Assembly (NCBI RefSeq): GCF_006345805.1
Contig: NC_043000.1
Span: 163,494,001 to 163,558,000 of the forward strand
Reading direction: 5' to 3'
DNA length: 64,000 nt
DNA from: Octopus sinensis
Taxonomy: Eukaryota
The translations under genes were made by a program, and so were the position numbers. Below the pieces are notes generated by a model. That model was not told where the DNA came from, did not search any database, and saw nothing but the letters and a program-made list of their open reading frames with translations. Shown here one piece after another: positions 12,585-25,065 of the stretch. The first letter of the stretch is position 1. Each line of letters begins with the position of its first letter.

Positions 12585-12599
12585 CTTTAGACATTCACA

Positions 12600-12945
12600 C
12601 GCCTTCAAAAAAAAGTTAAGTAGAAGATAGCACTTCCTTCTCAGCTGCGACCTTTTTCAAGTGATACTTGAAAATGTTGAGGAGAGCTTGGCTAGAGAAT
12701 AAATGTCCTGTCACCAATCCTCTCAATCTTGCCAATCACACAACACCTTTCTTACCTGTCCTTCCTCGGCAACCGGAGTTGGGAGGGCGACCATTATATG
12801 AGAGTCGACTGACAGCCAGAGCCATCCTTCAAACGTCAAACGTTGTTTGACTTTACTCCACATGTCAGCAAATGTTCGGACACTGATTGAGTCTGGAGAC
12901 AGGTGGTGTGTGTACCGCCACGTGTAGACTAAAGATTCCATCTAA
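12600..12945 (-). mobile_element. Possible L1/Tx1-type LINE C-terminal remnant
   Basis: Minus-strand translation near 12640-12695 gives SSQALLNIFKYHLKKV, which resembles Tx1-type ORF2 C-termini from memory. Weak. Confidence 0.3.
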
Positions 12946-13205
12946 GATTAAGAAGAGCTACTACAATGCCGGCAAAAAAAAAAGAAGTTTATTGTAATAT
13001 AACGTCTCTAATCAGAAACAATCCAAAGATTATAGATTGTTAAGGGCGAAATGATTTTCCATTTTCTTCAACAGTCTTTCATCATTTGTGATATCAACAA
13101 GGAAATGAATCCAGGCTTCTAAGCCCGGACCGATGTATATCGATAAGGAGAAATGTATGCATGTATGTATGTAAGTATCTATGTATGTATGTATACATGT
13201 ATGTA

Positions 13206-13530
13206 TGGTGAAGGCGCGTGGCTTAGTGGTTTGGGCATTCGGGTCATGATTGTAAGGTCTTGAGTTCAGTTCCCGGTGACGAGTTGTGTCCTTGAGCAAG
13301 GCACTTTATTTCACGTTGCTCCAGTCCACTCAGCAGGCAAAAATGAGTTGTACCTGTATTTCAAAGGGCCGGCTTTGTCACACTCTGTGTCATGCTGAAT
13401 CTCACTGAGAATTACGTTAAGGGTACACGTGTCTGTGGAATACTCAGCCACTTGTACGTTAATTTCACGAGCAAGCTGTTCCGCTGATCATATCAGCTAG
13501 GACCCTCGTCGTAGTAACTGACGGAGTGCT
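13206..13530 (+). mobile_element. tRNA-derived SINE family C
   Basis: Head ggcgcgtggcttagtggtt, B-box-like gagttcagttcc, and a conserved centre ccttgagcaaggcactttatttcacgttgctccagtccactcagc shared with 38936 and 59117. Confidence 0.85.
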
Positions 13531-13536
13531 CCTTTT

Positions 13537-13965
13537 TATGTATGTATGTATGTATGTATGTATGTATGTATGTATATATGTATGTATGTATGTATGTATA
13601 TATGTATGTATGTATGTATGTATATATGTATGTATATACATATATATATGTATGTATGTATATATGTATATATGCATGTATGTATGCATGTATGTATGCA
13701 TGCATATATGCATGTATGTATGCATGTATGTATGTAGTATGTATGTATGTATGTAGTATGTATGTATGTATGTATGTATGTATGTATGTATGTATGCATG
13801 TATGTATATATGTATATATGCATGTATGTATGCATGTATGTATGCATGCATATATGCATGTATGTATGCATGTATGTATATATGTATATATGCATGTATG
13901 TAAGCATGTGCGCATGCATACATGTGTATGTGTGTGTGTGCGTGCATGTATGTATGTATGTGTCT
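13537..13965. repeat. (TATG)n/(TGCA)-variant microsatellite
   Basis: Direct reading. Source of the MYVC and HTYI ORFs. Confidence 0.95.
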
Positions 13966-14777
13966 ACAATTGCATCTTGGAGAAGTCATATTAGCCATAT
14001 AAAAAAAAAAAGAAATAACACACAAAAGACTATTCTATTTATTCACTCGTTGTTTTTCTTCTGATTAGTACTGACTGTTATAATTTCCCGTTTAGTCACA
14101 CTGGGAGTGTTTATTGTGGAGGTGACTAGTTTCTACTACTTCTTAATAAAAAGAAAACAAAAAAAAACGTGAATATGTCAATTCTTGTTTCTTCTGAAAT
14201 GTCGAAAATATGTCTGACATTATAAAAGTTTCACCTTTAATGCGCGAGCGCGCGTGTGTAAATGCTTTCCGAAATAAACTTCATTTCGTTTTAATAGATT
14301 CTAGGATGTTGCACAAACCCTCATCTCCAGGTTCCCTACTCTATGCTAATGAAGTTGATTACGTAATCCCTTTTCCCTTCTCATTAATTAATTAATATGT
14401 GTGTGTGTGTAAGTGTGGGTACATACACATACTGATGCATGCATGTATTTATATATGTATATATACAGATGTAGTGTATGTGTATGTGTATATATATGCG
14501 CGCGCATACATATATAATTAAGATTCTGTTGGATTAGGTGCTTAAATTGAGGCGCCTTGCTAGTTCGGTACACCCCAACAATATTATTTAAATATTCAAT
14601 ATCAAGACTCCGTGTAGTGGGTATTTGTACCCAACATTCCTGTCGTGTGTGTAGACAACGCAACCCAGCTAAGTGAAGATATCCGCTATTGGTAATTCAG
14701 ACATGTACTTTTTATAAAAGTACTTTCAATAGTATTTCCGAAGTGCAGATTACAAGTTAAATGAACAGAATATAAAC

Positions 14778-15040
14778 AAGTAACAAAGATGTACAAGTGT
14801 CAATTCATTACGGCCGCTTCAAGCGGCTCCATTTAATTGATTGACGAAAGCATTACATCAATTTGAAAGAAGCCATTCTCGCCAGGTGAACGCATAAATG
14901 GTGCATCCTTTTTGTTTGAAGTTTATGCGTTCGTCTGATGAGAACGGTTTTTTTTTCAGATTGATGTAATGTCTTCATTAATAATTTAAATGAAGCCACT
15001 CGAAACGGCCGTAGTGAACTGACACCTGTACATCTTGTTA

Positions 15041-15043
<3 letters not shown>
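14778..15043. mobile_element. Fold-back (fully palindromic) element, MITE-like, 266 bp
   Basis: The arm aagtaacaaagatgtacaagtgtcaattcattacggccg..gaacgcataaa (14778-14898) is the imperfect reverse complement of 14922-15043, with a 23-nt loop. Confidence 0.8.
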
Positions 15044-15088
<45 letters not shown>

Positions 15089-15170
15089 TAACACATGGTA
15101 TACTTATAAACAGAGAAAATTTTAGCCATTTCTCTATAGACGGAAAAAGTTATGAACAACCTTATATATA

Positions 15171-15490
15171 TGGCGCAGGAGTGGCTGTGTGGTAAGTAGC
15201 TTGTTTACCAACCACGTGGTTCCAGGTTCTGTCTCACTGCGTGGCACCTTGGGCCGACCAAAATCTTGTGAGTGGATTTGGTAGATGGAAATATATATGC
15301 TTGTGTATGTCTGTGTTTGTTACCCCGCCATCGCTTTTCAACCGATGCTGGTGTGTTTAAGTCCCCGTAACTTAGCGGTTCGGCAAAATAGACCGATAGA
15401 ATAAATAAAAAGTCCTGGAGTAGATTTGTTCGACTAAAGGTGGTTCTCCAGCATGGCAGCAGTCAAATGACTGAAACAAGTAAAAGAATA
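15171..15490 (+). mobile_element. tRNA-derived SINE family B (ggcgcaggagtggctgtgtggtaag...), internally deleted
   Basis: Head, gtggcaccttgggc, gccgaccaaa..ttgtgagtggatttggtaga, and tail aaatgactgaaacaagtaaaaga. Confidence 0.85.
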
Positions 15491-15526
15491 ATATAAAAGT
15501 AAAAGAATATATATATATGGTGGCGC

Positions 15527-15560
<34 letters not shown>

Positions 15561-16160
15561 ACAGGGTAAGAGTGGTAGAGGACACTTATCAGTATATTAC
15601 TTTCTTCAATCCAGTTAAAAGGTATTTTTATTTCTTTCAGATACCCCAATAACAGATAGAATGCTAAAACAAAAATGAATGGACGAACAGTCATTGTGCT
15701 GATGTGTACAAAATACAACGGTTTAGAATTTGCCAAGTTTCTAAATGCTGCACAAGATATTTTTTCTTATTTGGCTTTTTGACAAATAGTTCCGATGGAA
15801 TTAGACGTTTCTGGTAGGAATGTTTCAACTCTATTGAAGAGAAAACATTCTAAACATTCGAACACCTTAAGGACACCACAATTCATACAACGGACTCAAA
15901 ATATTATCGATGAACGATCCTGGAATATCGATAAAGGCCATCACCAAAGAAGTTTATGCGTTGGAGTGGGATATCAGAACTTTTAGTGCAAGAGTTCATT
16001 CGAACTAAAAAATAGAAGACATACATACATACACACATACATACATATAGATATACATACACACACACATACATACATACATACATACATACATACATAC
16101 ATACATACATACATACATACATACATACATACATACATACATACATGCATACATACATAC

Positions 16161-16556
16161 AGCGCAGGAGTGGCTGTGTGGTAAGTAGCTTGTTTGCCAA
16201 CCACATGGTTCCGGGTTCAGTCCCACTGCGTGGAGCCTTGGGCAAGTGTCTTCTACTATAGCTTCGGGCCGACCAAAGCCTTGTGAGTGGATTTGGTAGA
16301 CGGAAACTGAAAGAAGCCCGTCGTATATATGTATATATATGTGTGTGTGTGTGTTTATGTATTTGTATTTGTCCACCCAACATCGCTTAACAACCGATGG
16401 TGGTGTGTATACGTCCCCGTAACTTAGCGGTTCGGCAAAAGAGACCGATAGAATAAGTACTGGGCTTACAAAAGAATAAGTCGCGGAGTCGAGTTGCTCG
16501 ATTAAAGGCGGTGCTCCAGCATGGCCGCAGTCAAATGCCTGAAACAAGTAAAAGAT
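16161..16556 (+). mobile_element. SINE family B, full length
   Basis: All family B blocks present; closely matches 41262-41730. Confidence 0.9.
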
Positions 16557-16715
16557 AATACATACATACATGCATACATACATACATACATGCGTATATT
16601 GAAGACACACGCACACATACACACGCATACACAGAGAAACACAGGCACACATACGATATGCACAGGTGTGTCTGACGTCGTTATATAGTCGCCTCAAGTC
16701 GTCTTTTTTCCTACT

Positions 16716-16786
16716 AGATGAAATACCAGCGATGTTTACCAGATGTTTACCAGATGTTTACCAGATGAAATACCAGCGATGTTTAC
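16716..16786. repeat. Nested direct repeat: 24-bp unit twice, enclosing 11-bp agatgtttacc units
   Basis: agatgaaataccagcgatgtttac at 16716-16739 and 16763-16786; TGTTTAC at 16733, 16744, 16755 and 16780. Confidence 0.85.
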
Positions 16787-16917
16787 TCACTGGCTCAAAA
16801 GAAACAACACGAAAACACCAACAAAACTGTTTGCACACTCACTAAATACAGGCTGAACCCTCGACCACCGAACGCATCAAACTCCATCCCTTCTCTTCTC
16901 CATTTCGCTCTCCTTTT

Positions 16918-16954
<37 letters not shown>

Positions 16955-17127
16955 GCTCTCTCACTCTTCCTCTTTTTTTCTTCTCCTTGTCATCTACACC
17001 CATCCACTTATCCCCAGCCAACCGTCTCTACCTGTCAGTTTCCTTCGCAACCAGAGAAGTCAATATGTGTGTGTGTGTGTCTGTGTGTGTATTCATAGAT
17101 ATTCACACTTGTAGGCATGTCAAATTT

Positions 17128-17129
17128 GT

Positions 17130-17180
<51 letters not shown>

Positions 17181-17626
17181 TACTATTGCTGCTGCTGCTA
17201 CTACTACCACTACTACCACTACTACTGCTGCTGCTACTGCTGCTGGTGATGATGATGATGATCAGGAGGAGGAGGCGGAGGAGGATCGTGATGATGCCAG
17301 TGGTGTTGATTATGCTGATCGTATTATCGTAGTATTCAACTAGAATAGGACTGTGTTAGTGCGAATTATTTCTCGACTAGTATATTACTAGCAGCAAGTT
17401 TACTACTATTAATACTACTATTAATACTGCTGTTTCTACTGCTTCTACTACTACTACTACTACTACTACTACCAACACTACTATTACTACTACTACTACT
17501 ACTACTACTGACACTTAGTTTCTAATGATTACCGGTCGTAGTGCTGCTATTGATTTTGCTATCGTTGTTATTATTGCTGCTGCTTCTTTAGTTAAGCTCT
17601 TGTTGCTGTTGTTGTTGTTGTTGACT

Positions 17627-17676
<50 letters not shown>

Positions 17677-17977
17677 TGATGATGATGATGGTACAACTAG
17701 TGAACCTGTTCATGCCGACTTCGTTGTTGGTTCGGTTGTTATTTTAGTTGTTGTTGTTGTTGTTGTTGTTAATGTCATTTAGCTTTTGTAGGTGTACTTG
17801 TTTACTCCCCACCCACATATCCATGTCATACCTGAATGAATTAAGCTGTAGCCGAGGTCATTTCAGTTGCATCCTCGTCGTATTCGCTCGCAGGTGGCAA
17901 GGTTCATTTCGAGAGAGATTCGGCTATTTCCAGCAAGACCAGTGACACCGTAGATTCCCAGCAGTAGCAGTAGTAGT

Positions 17978-18026
<49 letters not shown>

Positions 18027-18095
18027 TAGTAGTAGTAGTAGTAGTAGTAGTAGCAGCAGCAGTAGCTGCTGCTGTTGTTGGTGTTGTTGTTGATA
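17128..18095. repeat. Compound trinucleotide region: (ACT)n, (GCT)n, (GAC)n/(GAT)n, (GTT)n, then (AGT)n/(AGC)n
   Basis: Direct reading. Source of the poly-T/L/D/Y ORFs. Confidence 0.9.
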
Positions 18096-18893
18096 TCGCT
18101 GGTGTCTAAGCAAATCTAGGATAAATTCTGCTCTAGATATAACCGTTCTATCTTTTACTTATTCACAAATGTACAAGGAATTACGATCTGAAATAAATTC
18201 CTTCTTTGTATAATGGTAGTGTGTGTGTGTATGTATGTATGTATGTATGTGTGTGTGTGTGTGTGTGTGTGCGTGCGTGTGCGCGCGAACGTGATTCGAG
18301 TGAGAATTAATCGCGATTTCAAGCAAGCTCCTTTATTGATGCGATACTATTTAATTACAGCGATGTCGTTGTTTCTGTTGTTACGACAAAACAATTACTT
18401 CTTTGCCCATATGAGAACATGAAACCAGCAAAGGGATCTGAAATTTGATTATTTGGAGGGGAAACCTCTGCTTGTGGTCTTTCAATTACCTCCGTCTGTT
18501 ATAGAACTAGGCCGATTTTTACTTGCATGTCATTTTGTAGACGCTCAGGGAATTACTTGTGTTTCAGTTAACTAGAAATATCCCGGCAATGAGAAATACA
18601 CTCTATAGATTTCTAGATAAGAATTTAAAGTTTGGCCACACTCACAAGAGAAAGTGAATTCCTCATTGCATAATGGCAGCACTTCATAGGCCAGTGCTTT
18701 TATTATTTATAGTGGTGAAATGAATCAGTTTTATGCATTACAAAGTGTCCTAACCATGGAATGAGACAATTGGGCAATGCGCTTCGGGCGTTCATGATAT
18801 GGCACGGCTTGCTTGACTCTCAAACTCTCAAACTGTGTCGATGACTACATTTTGGTACAGAAGACAGATGCACACACACTCACACACACTCAC

Positions 18894-18934
<41 letters not shown>

Positions 18935-19590
18935 CACGCGTGCGCGCATAACTACGCGCGCGCAGAAAATTAGACATAGAAACAGAGAGAGGAAAAGAGA
19001 GAAAGAAAGAGATGAGCATTAGACTTTATTAATTGAATATTAATATCATAAACTTTCCCTCTTCTCATTCACATAAAGATAAATATGATCCCGAGCATAA
19101 AGAGAGAGAGGGGGGAAAGAGAGACAGTCAGAGAGGGAGAGATGGTGAGAGGAAGGAAAGAACGAGAGAAATGTTAAAATGTCTGTTGTGAACTAAGACA
19201 ACGTCGAGTCTGTAAAACCGAATCGGTGAAGCAAAAACGGTTCTTCCTGACTAACAATAACAGGGAACAGTAACTATGACTAAAATAAAACCTATTTCAC
19301 CCAAAGAAGCACAAGATTTTACCGTTCCTCATCAAGTACAGTGCTCCCACTGTCATTAAGTGACAAATATACATTCTCATGGGTTTTTTTCTACCAGTGG
19401 AAGTCAATGCAATGTATTAAAATACTCGTGGGTTGTACATTGTGTCTATGCGAGGTATTACACAGTTTAGTGGTTAGTCAGTCATTATAGCTAGCGATGC
19501 TACTAACAATGATACACAGAGCATATGTAGTGGAAAAAAAAATGATAAACACTAGTGTTAATATTTAGTATACACACACACACACACAAG

Positions 19591-19765
19591 CAATTATAAG
19601 GGCAAAAGAAAAATGTCTATGCTAATATGCTGATAATAGACTTTACAATCATCAAACACCACATACAATATACATCACTATAAATGCACATCGTGTTTGA
19701 CGATTTAAAGACTATTTATCAGCATTTTGGCATAGAAATTTTTCTTTTGCCCCTATTTATAATTG
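19591..19765. mobile_element. Short fold-back element, 175 bp
   Basis: caattataagggcaaaagaaaaatgtctatgc..atcatcaaacac is the imperfect reverse complement of gtgtttgacgatt..ttttcttttgcccctatttataattg. Confidence 0.75.
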
Positions 19766-19921
19766 TTTATAACTTAGACCTTAAAAGGTATTTCAATATA
19801 CCGGCCACTCGATGAAACTTTCTGAAAAATTTTATCCTATATTAGAAGTATATATATATACACGCATATTAGTTAATAAAGTGTATGGTATAGACCTGGT
19901 AGTTTGTCTATTTGTTGATGG

Positions 19922-20865
19922 AAGATGGAAGATACACGAATCTTTATTGATCACTACAATTGCTTCGGCCCATCTAGCATCGATCCCTCGTGGGTGGGGT
20001 ACTATATTACAGGTTTAAATGTATCCTTCGGTGTAGATGTGTCTCTTCGAGTGATTTCAAGAGGTATCTCTTTAAAATAAACTATTTCGCAAGATTTCTT
20101 CTAGGTCTTCGTATATAAAAATGACAAATTAAGGGATACAGCTTCATTATTATAGAAGATCCATAAGAAAGATCAGACACAAAAAGATATAGTGCCCACC
20201 CTTAAGTCTAAACGTAGATTAACCCTGTGGTCAGATGCCCAAGAGGTAACTGGATGGTTTAAGCAACTAGAAAATAACAAAACCACAAAATTCTTACAAC
20301 TTCATATCGAGAATTACTACGCCACTATTAGCCCGATCCATCTCAATAAAGCCTTGATTTACAGAATCTGTGACTCTTCACCAAGCGGTATCATATCACT
20401 AGCCACTAATAGCCAATGACTTTATTAATAACAACTTAATTCTGCGTGCCTGTCTATCTGCGGCAGAGCACGCGTGTATGTCTGCTTGTATACACGTGTG
20501 CGTTTGTACGAGCGAGTGTACGTGCACCCGATCACGTATGTATGGACGTTTGTACATCCATATCTACTAACGGTTATATTTAATACTTTTTTCGTTGTAC
20601 TGTGTATTTCTTTCTTTTTATATCTGATCTTTCTTATGGATCTTCTATAAGAATGAAGCTGTATCCCTTAATTTGGCATTTCTATATACGGAGACCTAGA
20701 AGAAATCTTGTGAAACAGAGTTTATTTTAACGAGATACCTCTTGAAATCACCCGTGGAGACACATCTATACCGAGGGATACACCTAAACCAGTTGTGTAA
20801 GAGATCGATGCTAGATGGGTCGAAACTATTGTGGTGTTCAATAAAGATTCTTGTATCCTCCATTT
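19922..20865 (+). mobile_element. Penelope-like retroelement remnant: RT fragment between ~250-bp inverted arms
   Basis: Arms 19922-20177 and 20623-20865 are reverse complements. 20225-20362 translates LWSDAQEVTGWFKQLENNKTTKFLQLHIENYYATISPIHLNKAL, resembling the PLE RT WxNTxxVIxWF..FIQFDIxxFYPSI region (Naiad/Chlamys-like). Confidence 0.65.
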
Positions 20866-21180
20866 TACGTCTCTCATTAATCACATATTTGTGTGTGTGT
20901 GTGCGTGTATGTGAATATATATTTATATAGATATCTTTTATATACGCATATACTTTTGTACATGTTTGTTTGTTTGTGTGTATCGTGTGTGTCTGTCTGT
21001 ATGTTTGCATGCATATATGTAACTGTGTAGCCAGGTATTTTCCGTGTGCCCTGAACTCTTCACGGAGTCGTATGAGCGCCGTCATGACGTTCACATTGAC
21101 TCGTGCATTTAGACCTAGCGGAGCCCATCCCTCTTGAAGTCTGATTACAGTGATTTCACCTGCTTTCTTCCTGAGAGGTA

Positions 21181-21243
21181 TAGGGAGAGGTAGAGAGATA
21201 GGGAGAGGTAGAGAGATAGGGAGAGGTAGAGAGATAGGGAGAG
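21181..21243. repeat. 18-bp purine-rich minisatellite (tagggagaggtagagaga), about 3.5 copies
   Basis: Direct reading. Confidence 0.85.
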
Positions 21244-21655
21244 AGGGAGAAGAAAGAGAGAGAAATAAAGATTTACAAGTATAGCCTGTGATAAATATGA
21301 TTTGTTCTCTTTTCGTGTCTTACATACGCGTGCACACGCGCGCACTCACACATATACTCGCACGTACGCACACACATTCACACGCGCTTAATGCAAAATA
21401 TATAGCCATATTTATAAAGGTGTCAATGTATTTGTATGTATATATCAAGATTATCACCTGTGTGTGTGTGTATGTATGTGTGTGTGTGTGTGAGACTTCG
21501 CATGTAAATGGATGTGTATATGTGTCACCATGTCAAATTCCTATTCGTCGATGGAGAAATTTTCATGACATTTACTTAATTTCGTTAGATTGTTTACCAA
21601 CCTTTCGTCTGTTATCAAAACGGTATATATCATCGTCGTCGTCATCATCATCCTT

Positions 21656-21726
<71 letters not shown>

Positions 21727-24037
21727 TCATCATCACTATCACCGAGGAATAAATAATGCTAGTGATGATAACTAAAATACAATTATGATCTTGATGTTCA
21801 GTCCTAGAACAACCTTGGTCGTATACTCCTATTATGAATGTTGTTGAAGTCGCTACCAACAACATTAGTCTACACTGCTCTGACTGCTCCTTCTTGTGTT
21901 GTTATTATCAATGAGACAGAGTCAGTGTTCGGACTCTATCCTGGACGCAGCACAAGACGGTGAGGTGATACCAACTGATCTGTCGTTTAATATACCGATG
22001 ACCCATACTCTGTCAACTCGGACATATTACTGTATACCTCAGTGAATGAGAACTCGACCACACGAGCCGATTTAGGAAAAGTTAAAAACAAAAATAAAAT
22101 GTGTAACATCTTTATGTTCTGAATTCAAATCCTTATGACATTCACTTTGGTTTTCGGCCCACGGAGTATCCACAAATTACATCCAGTTATCTTAACTGTG
22201 GTGTCAATGTACGCCATTTTCATTAAACAATTAAATTTATGGTAACCATCCATTTAAGAGCAAAGTTTGATTATTTCACTTTTAGAATGGTGTGCGATCA
22301 GCTGCAAGTAACGGCAGAATTTGAGGGTGTTTCGTATCTTCACCACTTCTAGGTTTTACACCTATCGCAGATGCGAACGGATGTGATACACATATCCACA
22401 CATCTTTTACTTGCTTTTCAAATTCAAAATATAAAAAAGAAACAACGTAACAATGTTAACGCTTTGCAAAGTAATAAAAGGAAAGTTATAATTATAATTG
22501 TAGACATTAAACCTGTAAATGTAGAAATGTCTGCAAGCTCACATCGGAAGGTCACAACCAAGCTCACATCGGAAGAGAGCAAGGTTTTAGTATGCCAGAA
22601 TATTGATTGCCATCCTTGATTGCAAGTGACGGACATAGTTCTATATGTTTATGCATTATAAAAACAACCAAGTGTATACACACATGTGCGCGTGCACGCA
22701 CACATATCCCTTTCGTTCTCTCTCCATTTTTCCCCTCTGAAACCTTTCCTGTCGGAGAGCGTAGGCTCGAAATGTCCAAGACTTTTCCATTCTTCCCGAG
22801 CGTTAAACTAATAGAGCCTCTTGACCTGTCATCGTCTTTTCTATAAATTTGAACTTTTTATATACGCACACGTATACTTAATGTATGTCTGTTCACTGTT
22901 ATTGTTAGACAGGAACAGCTTCCCCTTTTTTTTTTGCTTCACCTATTCCCTGTTGACTTAGTTGACATCGGGCATTTTGACATTTCTCACGTCCTTTCCC
23001 TCCCTCTTGCCATCTCTCTCGGGCAGGTTTATGACATTAATATTCGATTAATAAATTGTAATGCTCCCCCCCCTCTCTCTCTCCCTCTCTCTCTCTCTCT
23101 TTCTCTCTCATCTTCAATCGACTGTTTCCCAGAATTATGATTTATCTGTTGTTGCTGCTACCCAGGTCTAACAGGATCTACAAAACTGTGATCTCGGTGT
23201 TCCAGCAGAAAACATCGGAACTTTTCGATAGATGTAACCACTATCACTTAATTGAATATGCCATTTCATCGGTTAAGACGTGGGCTACGATTCGGGGTGT
23301 AATTAATTGTGCGCGGACTTTCTCTCTGCCAGATATAGGAGTTGTTTCCTCTATCACATCTCCTTTAACACTTTTAGAAACAGGAGGATACTTTGTGTAA
23401 TATAAACCTATGATGAAACAAAAATATAGAATGGTCAGAAACGGAAAACCTTTGATTATAAGTCAGCTTGTTATTAGAGCTCACATGTGGCGAAGCAAAC
23501 AAGGACAAAACCACAAAAAAAAGATCAACAACAACAAAAACAGCGACAACCGCAACAACAGCGGCCATATTAGCAGCGGCAACAACAACTACAACGTCCT
23601 GAAGGCTTTTTGGTTCAATAAATTTTATTGTTTTGTAAAGTAAGGAACCTTAAGTATTTACATTTGTTTATTGTATTTTTTAACCCTCTCATGCCTCGGA
23701 ATATTCTTTCACTTCTGTAGTGTCTGAAGCTTGCCAATGATATTTGTTAAGTCAGCACAAAACTCCTTCCTTTAAACCGTAATTAAGTCTTCTACATTAA
23801 AAACAAAAAAAGCATTATCTTAATATAAATGCATATATGCATACACACATATATGCAAATGTGTGTGCTTGCATGTGTTTTTGTGTATATACATATATAT
23901 ATACATAGATGATGTAGTAGAATATTATATATATATATAATATGTTAATATAATATATATATATATAATATATATTACACACACATATATAATATATAAA
24001 TATATTACATTATATGCATGGATGCGTGTATATATCT

Positions 24038-24105
<68 letters not shown>

Positions 24106-24189
24106 TATATATATATATATATACAACATAAATATAAGTATGTATTATTTATGCATATAGATGTGCGTGTGTGTATGTATATAAGCATA

Positions 24190-25065
24190 TGTACATATAT
24201 GTGTGTGTACGTGTGTATATATGTATGTATTGTATGCATGCATGCATGCATGTATGTACGTATGCATGTACGTATGTATGTATGTATGTATGTACGTAGT
24301 ATGTATGTAGTACTATGTATATATGTATGTATGTATGTATGTCGGTATGATGTATGTATGTATGTACGTATGTATGTATGTATGTATGTATGTATGTGTA
24401 TGTATGTATGTATGTACGTATGATGTAGTATGTATGTATGTATGTATGTAGTATGTATGTTATGTAGTATGTATGTAGTATGTACGATGTATCATGTAGG
24501 TATGTATGTATGTATGTATGTACGTATGTATTATGTATGTATTATGTATGTATGTATGTATGTATGTATGTTACGTATGTATGTATGCCGTAGTATGTAT
24601 GTATGTATGTATGTATGATGTATGTGGATGTATGTATGTATGTATCTATGTATGTATGTATGTATGTATGTTGTATTGTACGTATGTATCTATGTATGTA
24701 GTATGTATGTATGTATGTACGTATGTATGTATGTAGTACGTATGTATCTATGTATGTATGTATGTTGTATGTATGTACGTTGTATGTAGTATGTATGTAT
24801 GATGTATGTAGGTCTGTATGTATGTATGTTATTATGTAGGTAAGTATGTATCGATATGTATGTATGTAATGTATGTATGTCATGTATGTATGTATGTATG
24901 TATGTATGTATGTATGTACGTATGTATCTATGTATGTATGTTGATGTATGTATGTTCGTATGTATTATGTATGTATGTATGTAGGTAGTATGTTGTACGT
25001 ATGTATGTATGTATGTATGTATGTATGTCTGTATGTATGTAGGATGTATGCTATGTACACATGTT
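24190..25065. repeat. Long degenerate (TATG)n array, about 870 bp
   Basis: Direct reading; many single-base interruptions. Confidence 0.95.

Noticed and set aside
13465-14064. Long MYVC/HTYI ORFs here and at 16005-16697, 24022-24883, 25290-26367 and 59913-60500
   Set aside because: Translations of (TATG)n, (TA)n and (CA)n microsatellites.
24190-25065. Apparent higher-order variant pattern in the long (TATG)n array and in interrupted (TA)n runs
   Set aside because: The interruptions are mostly single-base indels, typical of long-read consensus error or slippage. No periodic superstructure was evident.
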